A stretch of DNA of 64,000 bases, taken from NCBI GenBank assembly GCA_965204245.1, contig CBDBED010000007.1, positions 119,535 through 183,534 of the forward strand, given 5' to 3'. Positions 56,477 through 63,751 of the stretch are shown piece after piece. The notes beneath the pieces are model-generated. The model was not told the DNA's origin. It saw only the letters and a program-made list of their open reading frames with translations, and searched no databases. The DNA comes from Dehalococcoidia bacterium (GTDB taxonomy: Bacteria > Chloroflexota > Dehalococcoidia > Lucifugimonadales > JAAXIE01). Each line of letters starts with the position of its first letter. Positions within the stretch are counted from its first letter, which is position 1. Both the position numbers and the translations under genes were made by a program.

Positions 56477-57418
56477 TTGGGAGCCTACGCCGAAATCCCG
56501 CAGGAAGCTCCTCCCGACCACGGCCTCGCCCCCCGCGGCGCCGTCGTCGAACCCAACATGCCCGACTTCGGCTTCCGCGTCACCCGCAAGCAGGACTGCT
56601 GGTGCGACGAGGTCCCCGAACTCTACGAACGCGCCAAGGGAGAGCAGTGGGACGCCACCCACGACATCCCCTGGCACAAGCTCCCCGAACTCCCCGAAGA
56701 CATCGAGCGCGCCGTCTGCCAGATCATGACCTTCCTCGTCGAAAACGAATATGTCGCCCTCGCCATCCCCGCCAAGTTCATCCCCCAGATCGACCCTCAC
56801 TACACCGAGGTCTCCCTTCTCCTCGCCACCCAGGTGAAGGACGAGGCCCGCCACATAGAGGTCTACACCAAGCGCGCCCTCGCCAACGGCGGCGGCCTCC
56901 AGTACGTCTCCTCCACCACCCAGTGGGCCCTCAAGAGCCTCCACTCCCAGAACAACTACCTCAAGTCATCCTTCCTCCTCCACCTCCTCGGCGAGGGCAC
57001 CTTCCTCGAACTCCTCAAGTTCATCGAGGACATCGCCCCCGACCCCGTGACCCGCGAAATCCTCGTCCGCACCCGCCAAGACGAGGCCCGCCACGTGGCC
57101 TACGGCGTAGCCCACGCCCGCCAACTCCTGAACGAAGATCCCTCTATGGCCGAGGTCCTTCAGGAAGCCGCCGAGGAGCGCTCCTCATTCCTCCGCGCCA
57201 CCTCCGGCATCAACCCCTTTGTCCAGCGCGCCCTCGGCATCCTTGCCGGCGGCGGCACCAGCGAAGAGCAGTTCCAAGCCGGCCTCGAACGCGTACGCGA
57301 CTTCTATCGCCGCCTCCACCAGACCCGTGTCAACCGCCTCATGGTCGCCGGTCTCCCCGAACCCACCGCCCGCCGCATCTCTGAACTCCACGGCGTCGGC
57401 GGCCAAGCCTACATGTAA
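56477..57418 (+). CDS. ferritin-like diiron-carboxylate protein (putative diiron oxygenase)
   Basis: It has two EARH (ExxH) motifs, VKDEARHIEVY and RQDEARHVAYG, plus upstream acidic helices (VENEY, LLGEGT). The start is uncertain. The frame is open from 56360, and a perfect GGAGGA (56370-56375) precedes an in-frame ATC at 56381. Confidence 0.6.
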   Translation: MGAYAEIPQEAPPDHGLAPRGAVVEPNMPDFGFRVTRKQDCWCDEVPELYERAKGEQWDATHDIPWHKLPELPEDIERAVCQIMTFLVENEYVALAIPAKFIPQIDPHYTEVSLLLATQVKDEARHIEVYTKRALANGGGLQYVSSTTQWALKSLHSQNNYLKSSFLLHLLGEGTFLELLKFIEDIAPDPVTREILVRTRQDEARHVAYGVAHARQLLNEDPSMAEVLQEAAEERSSFLRATSGINPFVQRALGILAGGGTSEEQFQAGLERVRDFYRRLHQTRVNRLMVAGLPEPTARRISELHGVGGQAYM

Positions 57419-57460
57419 CGCACTCCCCAAGCCTCAACAGCACATATCAGGAGGACAACC

Positions 57461-57994
57461 ATGGCCCAAGTCAGGCTCAACAATCTCGATATCGAGAAAA
57501 TCCAAGCCCTCGTCAAGGAGATGCAGGAAAACCCGCAACTCTACCAAGACATGGCCAACTCCGGCTGGAACACCCGCGTCCAGTGGCAGGGGGGCTTCCA
57601 GCACTCCGTCTTCGCCCGCGAACTCGCCCCCACCACCTTCGATGAACCCGCCGAAGTCGCCGGTGGCGACCGCGGCCTCAGTCCCCACGAGGCTGTCATG
57701 AGCGCTGTCGGAGCCTGCGTGGCCACCGGCTTCGTGGCCCAAGCCACCTCCCGTGGCGTCAAAGTCGAGTCACTCGAGGTGCAGGTCGACGGCAAGCTCA
57801 ACCTCCCCGTCTTCTTCGGCCTCGCCGAGGGCAACCCCGGCTACGACGAGATGGACGTCACCGTCTACGCCCAGACCGACGCCGCCCCCGACGTACTCCA
57901 AGAGATTTACGACAAGGCCGTCGGCCTCTCCCCCGTCCTGAACACCGTCCAGCGCGGCGCCAAAATAACCACCACCCTCCGAAGTTCCAGCTAG
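57461..57994 (+). CDS. OsmC-family peroxiredoxin-like protein
   Basis: 177 aa. GLSPHEAVMSAVGACVATGF and LSPVLNTV are typical OsmC/Ohr-fold motifs. AGGAGGA lies upstream. Confidence 0.85.
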   Translation: MAQVRLNNLDIEKIQALVKEMQENPQLYQDMANSGWNTRVQWQGGFQHSVFARELAPTTFDEPAEVAGGDRGLSPHEAVMSAVGACVATGFVAQATSRGVKVESLEVQVDGKLNLPVFFGLAEGNPGYDEMDVTVYAQTDAAPDVLQEIYDKAVGLSPVLNTVQRGAKITTTLRSSS

Positions 57995-58081
57995 CCCTCC
58001 CCTTTTCCCTGAGGGAGAGGGCTGCGGTGAGGGTGAAAAACTAAAGCAAGAATCGCCCCCCTTAACGAATCGAGGTACATC

Positions 58082-59251
58082 GTGAACGGTCTGCCACTGT
58101 TCCCCGTCACCGTAGTAGGAAGCTGGGCCCGCCCTCCTTGGCTCTTGGACGCCCTCCGCCAGCGCCAAGCCGGGCGCATCACCTTTGCCGAGTTCAACGA
58201 GGTCGCCGACAAAGCCGTCCTCGAATGCCTCAAGTATCAGGAGGACGCCGGCGTCGACATCGTCAGCGATGGCGAGCAGCGCCGCGACAACTTCTACTCC
58301 TTCGTCGTGGAAAAGCTCGACGGTGCCCAGTTGATGAGCCTCGCCGAACTCATGAACCACGTACAAGACAAGGAGAGCTTCGACGCCATCCTCCGCAGCA
58401 TGGACGCCCCCGCCTTCGCCATCCACAACACAACCGTCGTCGACAAGGTCACCCGCCGCGAACCCCTCGCCCTCGACGAATACCTCTTCCTCAAGGAACA
58501 CACCGACCGTCCCATCAAGATCGCCCTCCCCGGCCCCTATCTCCTCACCCGCTCCATGTGGGTCAAGGGCGTCTCCGACACCGCTTACCCCACCATGGTC
58601 AGCCTCGCCGCCGACCTCGTCGACATCCTCCGCGAAGAACTCATCGCCCTCCGCGACGCTGGCTGCGAGTTCGTCCAGTTCGACGAACCCGTCCTCACCG
58701 ACGTCATGTTCCGCCCCGAAGTCAAGGAGCGCACCTTCATGTGCGCCTCCATGGCCGCCGCCTCTGGTGACCCCAAGGCCGAAATGGTCCGCGCCCTCCG
58801 CCTCATGAACGATGTCACCCGAGGCATCGATGGCGTCAAGACCGGCGTCCACATCTGCCGTGGCAACTGGAGCCGCAAGGAAGAAGCCCTCCTCAACGGT
58901 GCCTATACCGCCCTCCTCCCCTACGTCACCAACTACGAGATTGACCAGCTAGTCCTCGAATACGCCACCCCCCGCGCAGGCGAGGTCGAGTCCTTCCCCG
59001 CCTCCAATCGCGTCCAGGAAATCGGCCTCGGCGTCGTCAACCCCCGCATCGACGAAATGGAAAGCGTCGACTACGTGGTCGGCAAGGTCGAAGACGCCCT
59101 CCATCACTTCGCGCCCGAAAACATCTACCTCAACCCCGACTGCGGCTTCGGCACCTTCGCCGAACGCCCCATGAACCCCCCCGAAATAGCCTTCCAAAAA
59201 CTCCAAGTAATCTCCCAAGCCGCCGAAACCCTCCGCACGAAATACGGCTAA
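58082..59251 (+). CDS. MetE C-terminal-domain-like (cobalamin-independent) methyltransferase, paralogue
   Basis: 389 aa. VVGSWARP, IVSDGEQRR, HICRGN and NPDCGF motifs. GTG start. Confidence 0.8.
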   Translation: MNGLPLFPVTVVGSWARPPWLLDALRQRQAGRITFAEFNEVADKAVLECLKYQEDAGVDIVSDGEQRRDNFYSFVVEKLDGAQLMSLAELMNHVQDKESFDAILRSMDAPAFAIHNTTVVDKVTRREPLALDEYLFLKEHTDRPIKIALPGPYLLTRSMWVKGVSDTAYPTMVSLAADLVDILREELIALRDAGCEFVQFDEPVLTDVMFRPEVKERTFMCASMAAASGDPKAEMVRALRLMNDVTRGIDGVKTGVHICRGNWSRKEEALLNGAYTALLPYVTNYEIDQLVLEYATPRAGEVESFPASNRVQEIGLGVVNPRIDEMESVDYVVGKVEDALHHFAPENIYLNPDCGFGTFAERPMNPPEIAFQKLQVISQAAETLRTKYG

Positions 59252-59331
59252 ATGGAAGAGCCGTGCGGTATAACGAACGGGGCGCTCAGTCGGAGCGCTC
59301 AAAGTGTGCGCATCCCCTATAGTGCAAACGT

Positions 59332-59685
59332 GTGACCATCGAAGCAGGAGGGGAAACATGGTATAAGTCCGACCACGTTCGGGACAACCATCCCGACGTG
59401 CTCGACTACCACCTAGCTTATGTTCTAGACAACTGGATGGTGGCAGGAGACCGCTTCAGCAAGAGGCACCAGCGATGGCAGCGCCATTACATGTCCATCT
59501 TACCTAACGACACGGAGGCGGGCCACATGGTACGAGTAGTCACCGAGACTGCTCAGGTCGAGGGAAGCGAGCGGAAAAGGATCGTGACCGCATTCAGGGA
59601 TACCATGAGTAGAAGGCACTGGAGCAGCGGCAACATAGCCTACTTTACGGCGAGATACCGAGATTTGGAGCTACGAGATGCCTGA
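59332..59685 (+). CDS. hypothetical protein, possibly a DUF4258-like toxin
   Basis: 117-aa ORF with a GTG start that overlaps a DUF2283 gene by 8 nt. The pattern H...VRVVTE...RIVTAFRD is reminiscent of DUF4258. Weak call. Confidence 0.4.
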   Translation: MTIEAGGETWYKSDHVRDNHPDVLDYHLAYVLDNWMVAGDRFSKRHQRWQRHYMSILPNDTEAGHMVRVVTETAQVEGSERKRIVTAFRDTMSRRHWSSGNIAYFTARYRDLELRDA

Positions 59686-59887
59686 CCAGCAACTGCGCGT
59701 CTCATACGACACCGATGTGCACATACTGAACATTAGGACAGAGAACCGTGGCGTAACATCCACATCACTAGAGCACGACTTTGACGTGGTTGCCGACCTC
59801 GACAGCGAGGACTGTCCCTGCAAAGTAGTTGCATTAGAGTTTCTGAATCCCAGCGACTACCTGCCCCTCGGTGTTTCGCGGGTATGA
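59678..59887 (+). CDS. DUF2283 domain protein (putative antitoxin)
   Basis: LRVSYDTDVHILNIR...VVALEFLNPSDYLPL matches the YDxxxDxLyI...GIEIL pattern of DUF2283. Confidence 0.6.
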   Translation: MPDQQLRVSYDTDVHILNIRTENRGVTSTSLEHDFDVVADLDSEDCPCKVVALEFLNPSDYLPLGVSRV

Positions 59888-60083
59888 CGAGCAAAACGAT
59901 ACCCTCCTCATCGGCTTGAAGGAAGGTGCATCCTCAGTGGAAGCCAACGGCGACCTACTGGCCTACTGGGAACCGGACTCCTACCACCCTGAAGACTATA
60001 CTCTGCTCGGTGTAGAAGTGCTCTCGGCCCGCAAGTGGCTTACCAGTATCCCCAATGCGCCCCAGCCGCTGCGCACCACTTAG
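59871..60083 (+). CDS. second DUF2283 domain ORF (possibly the frameshifted C-terminal half of a two-domain protein)
   Basis: GYDEQNDTLLIGLKEG...LLGVEVLSARKWL is a second DUF2283 motif. It has a GTG start, is in the +1 frame relative to the previous ORF, and overlaps it by 17 nt. Confidence 0.5.
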   Translation: MFRGYDEQNDTLLIGLKEGASSVEANGDLLAYWEPDSYHPEDYTLLGVEVLSARKWLTSIPNAPQPLRTT

Positions 60084-60102
60084 GAGTTATCGCGGGAGCC
60101 AA

Positions 60103-60148
60103 ACCATACCCACCCCAACCCCAAACTAAGCGGCATCACCCCCCTGAC
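60103..60148 (+). other. degenerate copy of the osmC (62058) start region
   Basis: ACCATACCCACCCCAACCCCAAACTAAGCGGCATCACCCCCCTGAC aligns with 62055-62101, ACCATGACCACCCCCAACCCCCAGCTAAACGGCATCAACCTCCCAGAC. About 38 of 46 positions match by hand, and the ATG has become ATA. Confidence 0.55.
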
Positions 60149-60219
60149 TGCTAGGGGACCTCGCTGCCTGCCAGCCTATGGCCCAACCCCCCGTTTGCCA
60201 ACTACATCGAAAGCCACTT

Positions 60220-60606
60220 ATGATGGTGCAACCTCACGGGAGAGGACCCATCACCATGGCAAAGAAGGCGGAGGAAGAGGGCGTCCACTTCTTCATCACC
60301 GACGACGGCAAGCCCCGCTACTTCATCCGCCTGACCCTCCAGATTTACCGGGAGAAGGGCCAGTGGGCTGGCATGTGTCCTGAGCTGAACACCGGCACGT
60401 CCTACTGCGACACCACAGACGAGACCCGTGAGCAACTTCTGGCCCTTGTCAAACTATGGCTGGACGGAACAGCAGACAAGGAAAATCTGCCCGACTGGCT
60501 GACCCGACAAGGGGTGGCACTCTATCCGATACCCGAGTCGCTCCATTTGGAGAACGACGAGACGGTTGCCCTAGCCGAACCCGAACCAGTCGCCATAAGT
60601 GCCTAG
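60220..60606 (+). CDS. hicB: HicB-like antitoxin, duplicate copy 1
   Basis: QWAGMCPELNTGTSYCDTTDETREQLLALVKLWL fits the HicB fold signature. It is collinear with 61378..61767 at both DNA and protein level. The start is ambiguous (60178, 60220 or 60256). Confidence 0.6.
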   Translation: MMVQPHGRGPITMAKKAEEEGVHFFITDDGKPRYFIRLTLQIYREKGQWAGMCPELNTGTSYCDTTDETREQLLALVKLWLDGTADKENLPDWLTRQGVALYPIPESLHLENDETVALAEPEPVAISA

Positions 60607-60609
60607 AAC

Positions 60610-61314
60610 TTGGCAATCTCTGGGCGCGACCTCATACGCCTTCTCGTTACCTATGACGGCTGGACAGTCGAGCGTCGTGTCACCCATGGGCCTTCACCCA
60701 TGGCCCTTCAACCATGGCCCTTCAACCATGGCCCTTCAACCATGGCCCTTCAACCATGGCCCTTCAACCATGGCCCTTCAACCATGGCCCTTCAACCATG
60801 GCCCTTCAACCATGGCCCTTCAACCATGGCCCTTCAACCATGGCCCTTCAACCATGGCCCTTCAACCATGGCCCTTCAACCATGGCCCTTCAACCATGGC
60901 CCTTCAACCATGGCCCTTCAACCATGGCCCTTCAACCATGGCCCTTCAACCATGGCCCTTCAACCATGGCCCTTCAACCATGGCCCTTCAACCATGGCCC
61001 TTCAACCATGGCCCTTCAACCATGGCCCTTCAACCATGGCCCTTCAACCATGGCCCTTCAACCATGGCCCTTCAACCATGGCCCTTCAACCATGGCCCTT
61101 CAACCATGGCCCTTCAACCATGGCCCTTCAACCATGGCCCTTCAACCATGGATTGTGACTAACCAAGTGGGACGACGCCCTCGGTGCCGAGCGCAGGACA
61201 GTCGTCCCCGACAATACCAGAGATCTAGCAAGGGGCACCTTGGCCGCAATCCTCAGCCCCACCCAGACAGGCCTCGGTGCCCAAGGACTCCGGCGCCTCC
61301 AACAAAACCGCTGA
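60610..61314 (+). pseudogene. hicA: hicA-like toxin gene disrupted by a 462-bp in-frame microsatellite and an in-frame TGA
   Basis: The N-terminus MAISGRDLIRLLVTYDGWTVERRVTHG aligns with copy 2 (MAITGRDLIALLVADGWTVVRRANHG). The array follows. The same frame then reads HGL-TGA(61156-61158)-LTKWDDALGAERRTVVPDNTRDLARGTLAAILSPTQTGLGAQGLRRLQQNR, with its stop at 61312-61314. Confidence 0.6.
60684..61151 (+). repeat. 14-bp tandem repeat array (CCATGGCCCTTCAA): 1 degenerate unit, 32 perfect units and a 6-nt partial unit
   Basis: Counted directly. The perfect units span 60698-61145 (448 nt = 32 x 14). The leading unit at 60684-60697 matches 12 of 14 positions. A trailing CCATGG sits at 61146-61151. 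All three plus-strand frames are open and encode the same 14-aa peptide, MALQPWPFNHGPST. Confidence 0.97.
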
Positions 61315-61377
61315 CCGCAACAAGGACCAACCAACCATGACCCCCCACTCGTTTGCCAACCGCACCGGCTGCCACTT

Positions 61378-61767
61378 ATGATGGTGCAACCCCCCGCGAA
61401 AGGGCCTATCACCATGCCAAAGAAGGTGGAAGAACAGGGTGTCCACTTCTTCATCACCGAGGACGGCAAGCCCCGCTACTTCATCCGCCTGACCCTCCGC
61501 TATAAGAGGAATAGCGACGACTCATGGTCGGGATGGTGCGTTGAGTTGACCACCGCTACCGACGCCGATACTCTGCCCGAACTCCAAGTGGCACTGTTGG
61601 ACCTAGTGCAGTTGCATCTTGATGGTACGGCAGACGTGATGGACCTTAACGACTGGCTCACTAGCCGGGGGGTCGTGATTTGCCCCATCCCTGAGTTCAT
61701 CCGATTGGACAACAACGGCACGGCCGCCTTAGCGGAACCCCTTTCAGTCAGCGCAGTTCTCGCATAG
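61378..61767 (+). CDS. hicB: HicB-like antitoxin, duplicate copy 2
   Basis: 129 aa. VHFFITEDGKPRYFIRLTL is shared with copy 1, and SWSGWCVELTTATDADTLPELQVALLDLVQLHL fits the HicB pattern. The start may instead be the ATG at 61414. Confidence 0.6.
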   Translation: MMVQPPAKGPITMPKKVEEQGVHFFITEDGKPRYFIRLTLRYKRNSDDSWSGWCVELTTATDADTLPELQVALLDLVQLHLDGTADVMDLNDWLTSRGVVICPIPEFIRLDNNGTAALAEPLSVSAVLA

Positions 61768-61776
61768 CAAACGCCC

Positions 61777-62061
61777 ATGGCAATAACGGGACGCGATCTC
61801 ATCGCCCTCCTTGTTGCCGACGGCTGGACGGTGGTGCGGCGGGCCAATCACGGACTTTTCATGGTGAAATGGGATCCCTCCATCAACGCCCAGCGCACGA
61901 CCATCGCACCGGACAACACGCAAGACCTGAAGCCCGGCACCTTGGCCGCAATCCTCAGCCCCACCCAGACAGGCCCCCGTGCCACGGCACTCAAGCGCCC
62001 AAGGACTACGGCGCCTCCAACAAAACCGCGGCTGACCGCGACAAGGACAAATGCACCATGA
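61777..62061 (+). CDS. hicA: HicA-like toxin, duplicate copy 2 (uninterrupted, with an atypical low-complexity C-terminal tail)
   Basis: MAITGRDLIALLVADGWTVVRRANHGLFMVKWD...LKPGTLAAILSPTQTG fits the HicA pattern. The tail PRATALKRPRTTAPPTKPRLTATRTNAP results from 16-nt and 3-nt indels relative to copy 1. The stop overlaps the osmC ATG (ATGA). Confidence 0.55.
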   Translation: MAITGRDLIALLVADGWTVVRRANHGLFMVKWDPSINAQRTTIAPDNTQDLKPGTLAAILSPTQTGPRATALKRPRTTAPPTKPRLTATRTNAP

Positions 62062-62588
62062 CCACCCCCAACCCCCAGCTAAACGGCATCAACCTCCCAG
62101 ACCTCCAGTCCGCCCTCGACGAAATCGCCCAGCAACCCGAAGCCCGTCATGCCGGGAAGCGCTCTCGCATCCAGTGGCTCGGCGGCTTCCGCTTCAACTC
62201 CTTCGTACGCAACAACACTTTCATCGTCGAAGAACCCGCCTCCGCCACCGCACCCGATAACGCCCCCAATGCCATGGAATACGTCCTCGGCGCTCTCGGC
62301 TCCTGCCTCGCCACTGGCTTCGTCCTCAACGCCACCCGCCAGAACATCCCCATCATCAACCTCGAAGTCGCCCTCGACTCCACCCAGGACAACGTCTTCA
62401 CCTTCTTCGGCCTCAGCGACGACGGCCACCCCGGATTCGCCGAAGTCCGCGCCAAGCTCTACGTCCAAGCCGACGCCGACCAAGCCACCCTCCAGCAAAT
62501 CTGGGAACAGTCCGTCGCCACCTCCCCCGTGGGCAACTCCCTAGCCCGCAACGTCACCATCACCCCCGAAATCTCCATCGTCGACTAA
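62058..62588 (+). CDS. OsmC-family protein, paralogue
   Basis: I chose the ATG at 62058. NAMEYVLGALGSCLATGF and TSPVGNSL motifs. It is collinear with 57461..57994. Confidence 0.85.
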   Translation: MTTPNPQLNGINLPDLQSALDEIAQQPEARHAGKRSRIQWLGGFRFNSFVRNNTFIVEEPASATAPDNAPNAMEYVLGALGSCLATGFVLNATRQNIPIINLEVALDSTQDNVFTFFGLSDDGHPGFAEVRAKLYVQADADQATLQQIWEQSVATSPVGNSLARNVTITPEISIVD

Positions 62589-62673
62589 CCCACATCCCCC
62601 CCGTAATTCCTGCACCCCACCCCGTCATTCCTGCGCAGGCAGGAACCCACGTAACCCCAACTGCCCCACCCAA

Positions 62674-63687
62674 CTATGCGGGCTGCCACCTGAGAAGCCC
62701 GGAGTCGTCCAGCACCGAAGGGTTCACGCATGACATGGGCCAGCGCCCCCTCAGCACCAGCCCAATCTCCCTCCCTACCCTCGTCCTGGCCCCCTCCGCA
62801 AATCTGCCCGACGCCGACGCCACATGCGCGCTCAACGTCACGTTCTCCAGACCAAGAAGCGGGTTGCCCGGGTCCGGCGGCTCCGTTTCCATCACGTCCA
62901 AGGCAGCGTGACTGATCCACCCCTCTTCCAAGGCTCTTGCCAAGGCAGCCTCGTCCACGGTGGAGCCCCTGCCCGTGTTGACGAAGATGGACAGCGGCTT
63001 CATCATCCTGAACTGCTCCTCCCCGATCATCCTCCTCGTGCCGCCGGTGCCGGGGAGATGGTTTGACACGATATCCGACCGTTGGAGCAACTCCGCCAGT
63101 CCCACCGGCTCCACCCCGAATTGGACCATCACCGTCTCCCTGACGAAGGGATCGTGGGCCAGAATTCGGACTCCGAAGGGCTTCATCAAAGGCACTACCG
63201 CCCTAGCGATGTTCCCGAACGAGATTAGCCCCAGCGTCTGGCCCAACAGCCGGGGGAACTGGTACAAGTGGGGCCGCCCTTCCGCCCAGCGTCCCTCCCG
63301 CACCATTCTATCCACCACCAGCAGCCGCCGGTGTGCCCCCAAGATCAGCGCCACCGTATGCTCGGCCACCTCTTGCACGAAGGTGTCCGGGCAGTTGGTT
63401 ACCGGGATGCCCTTGGCCGTAGCCGCCGGCACATCCACCAAGTCGGTGCCCACGCTGTCCAGCGCAATGATCCTGCACTTCTCCAATCCGTTGACCACGT
63501 TCCGCGATAGGGGCATGTCCCTCGTGATGATGGCATCCGCGTCATGCGCCCCGGCCACAAACTCATCGTCCGACGCCGCCGGGACCTCGGTTATCTCATA
63601 ATCCAGACCCTGCAGCCCCTCCATCTCGCGCCTGTAGTCGTCAACAAAGTCAGGACGCCCCTGAGCCACAATCTTAAAATCCGCCAT
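62674..63687 (-). CDS. D-isomer-specific 2-hydroxyacid dehydrogenase family (PGDH/CtBP-like)
   Basis: NAD motif GLISFGNIARAV, and the catalytic-region motifs NTGRG and AALDVMETEP. Confidence 0.9.
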   Translation of the reverse strand: MADFKIVAQGRPDFVDDYRREMEGLQGLDYEITEVPAASDDEFVAGAHDADAIITRDMPLSRNVVNGLEKCRIIALDSVGTDLVDVPAATAKGIPVTNCPDTFVQEVAEHTVALILGAHRRLLVVDRMVREGRWAEGRPHLYQFPRLLGQTLGLISFGNIARAVVPLMKPFGVRILAHDPFVRETVMVQFGVEPVGLAELLQRSDIVSNHLPGTGGTRRMIGEEQFRMMKPLSIFVNTGRGSTVDEAALARALEEGWISHAALDVMETEPPDPGNPLLGLENVTLSAHVASASGRFAEGARTRVGREIGLVLRGRWPMSCVNPSVLDDSGLLRWQPA

Positions 63688-63751
63688 GTCGGTCCCCCTG
63701 CTTCACTTGGTTTCTGATGGTCTGCGCTGCCGGTACCTCAACACATCTCGG

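Noticed and set aside
56404-57384. 326-aa Arg/Pro-rich ORF overlapping the diiron-protein gene in another frame.
   Set aside because: Its extreme R/P composition is typical of an off-frame shadow ORF in GC-rich DNA, and the overlapping frame has clear ExxH diiron motifs. The same reasoning applies to many long antisense or off-frame ORFs in the track: 15889-17130, 23127-24674, 27042-27980, 30512-31615, 31404-32531, 50249-51199 and 57770-58852.
57995-58081. Hairpin GCCCTCCCC...GGGAGAGGGC after osmC, considered as a terminator or as a riboswitch for the metE-like gene.
   Set aside because: The stem is imperfect and has no U-tract. The region is too short for a SAM or cobalamin riboswitch. Not supported.
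60684-61151. Possible CRISPR array.
   Set aside because: The units are contiguous with no spacers and are only 14 bp long. No cas genes are present. It is a microsatellite, not a CRISPR array.
60599-61340. Three overlapping plus-strand ORFs of 182-208 aa in the ORF track, each encoding an MALQPWPFNHGPST-repeat protein.
   Set aside because: They are the automatic result of a 14-bp unit that is open in all three frames. I treat the region as a repeat inside a hicA pseudogene, not as three real genes. Translation of one frame cannot be excluded.
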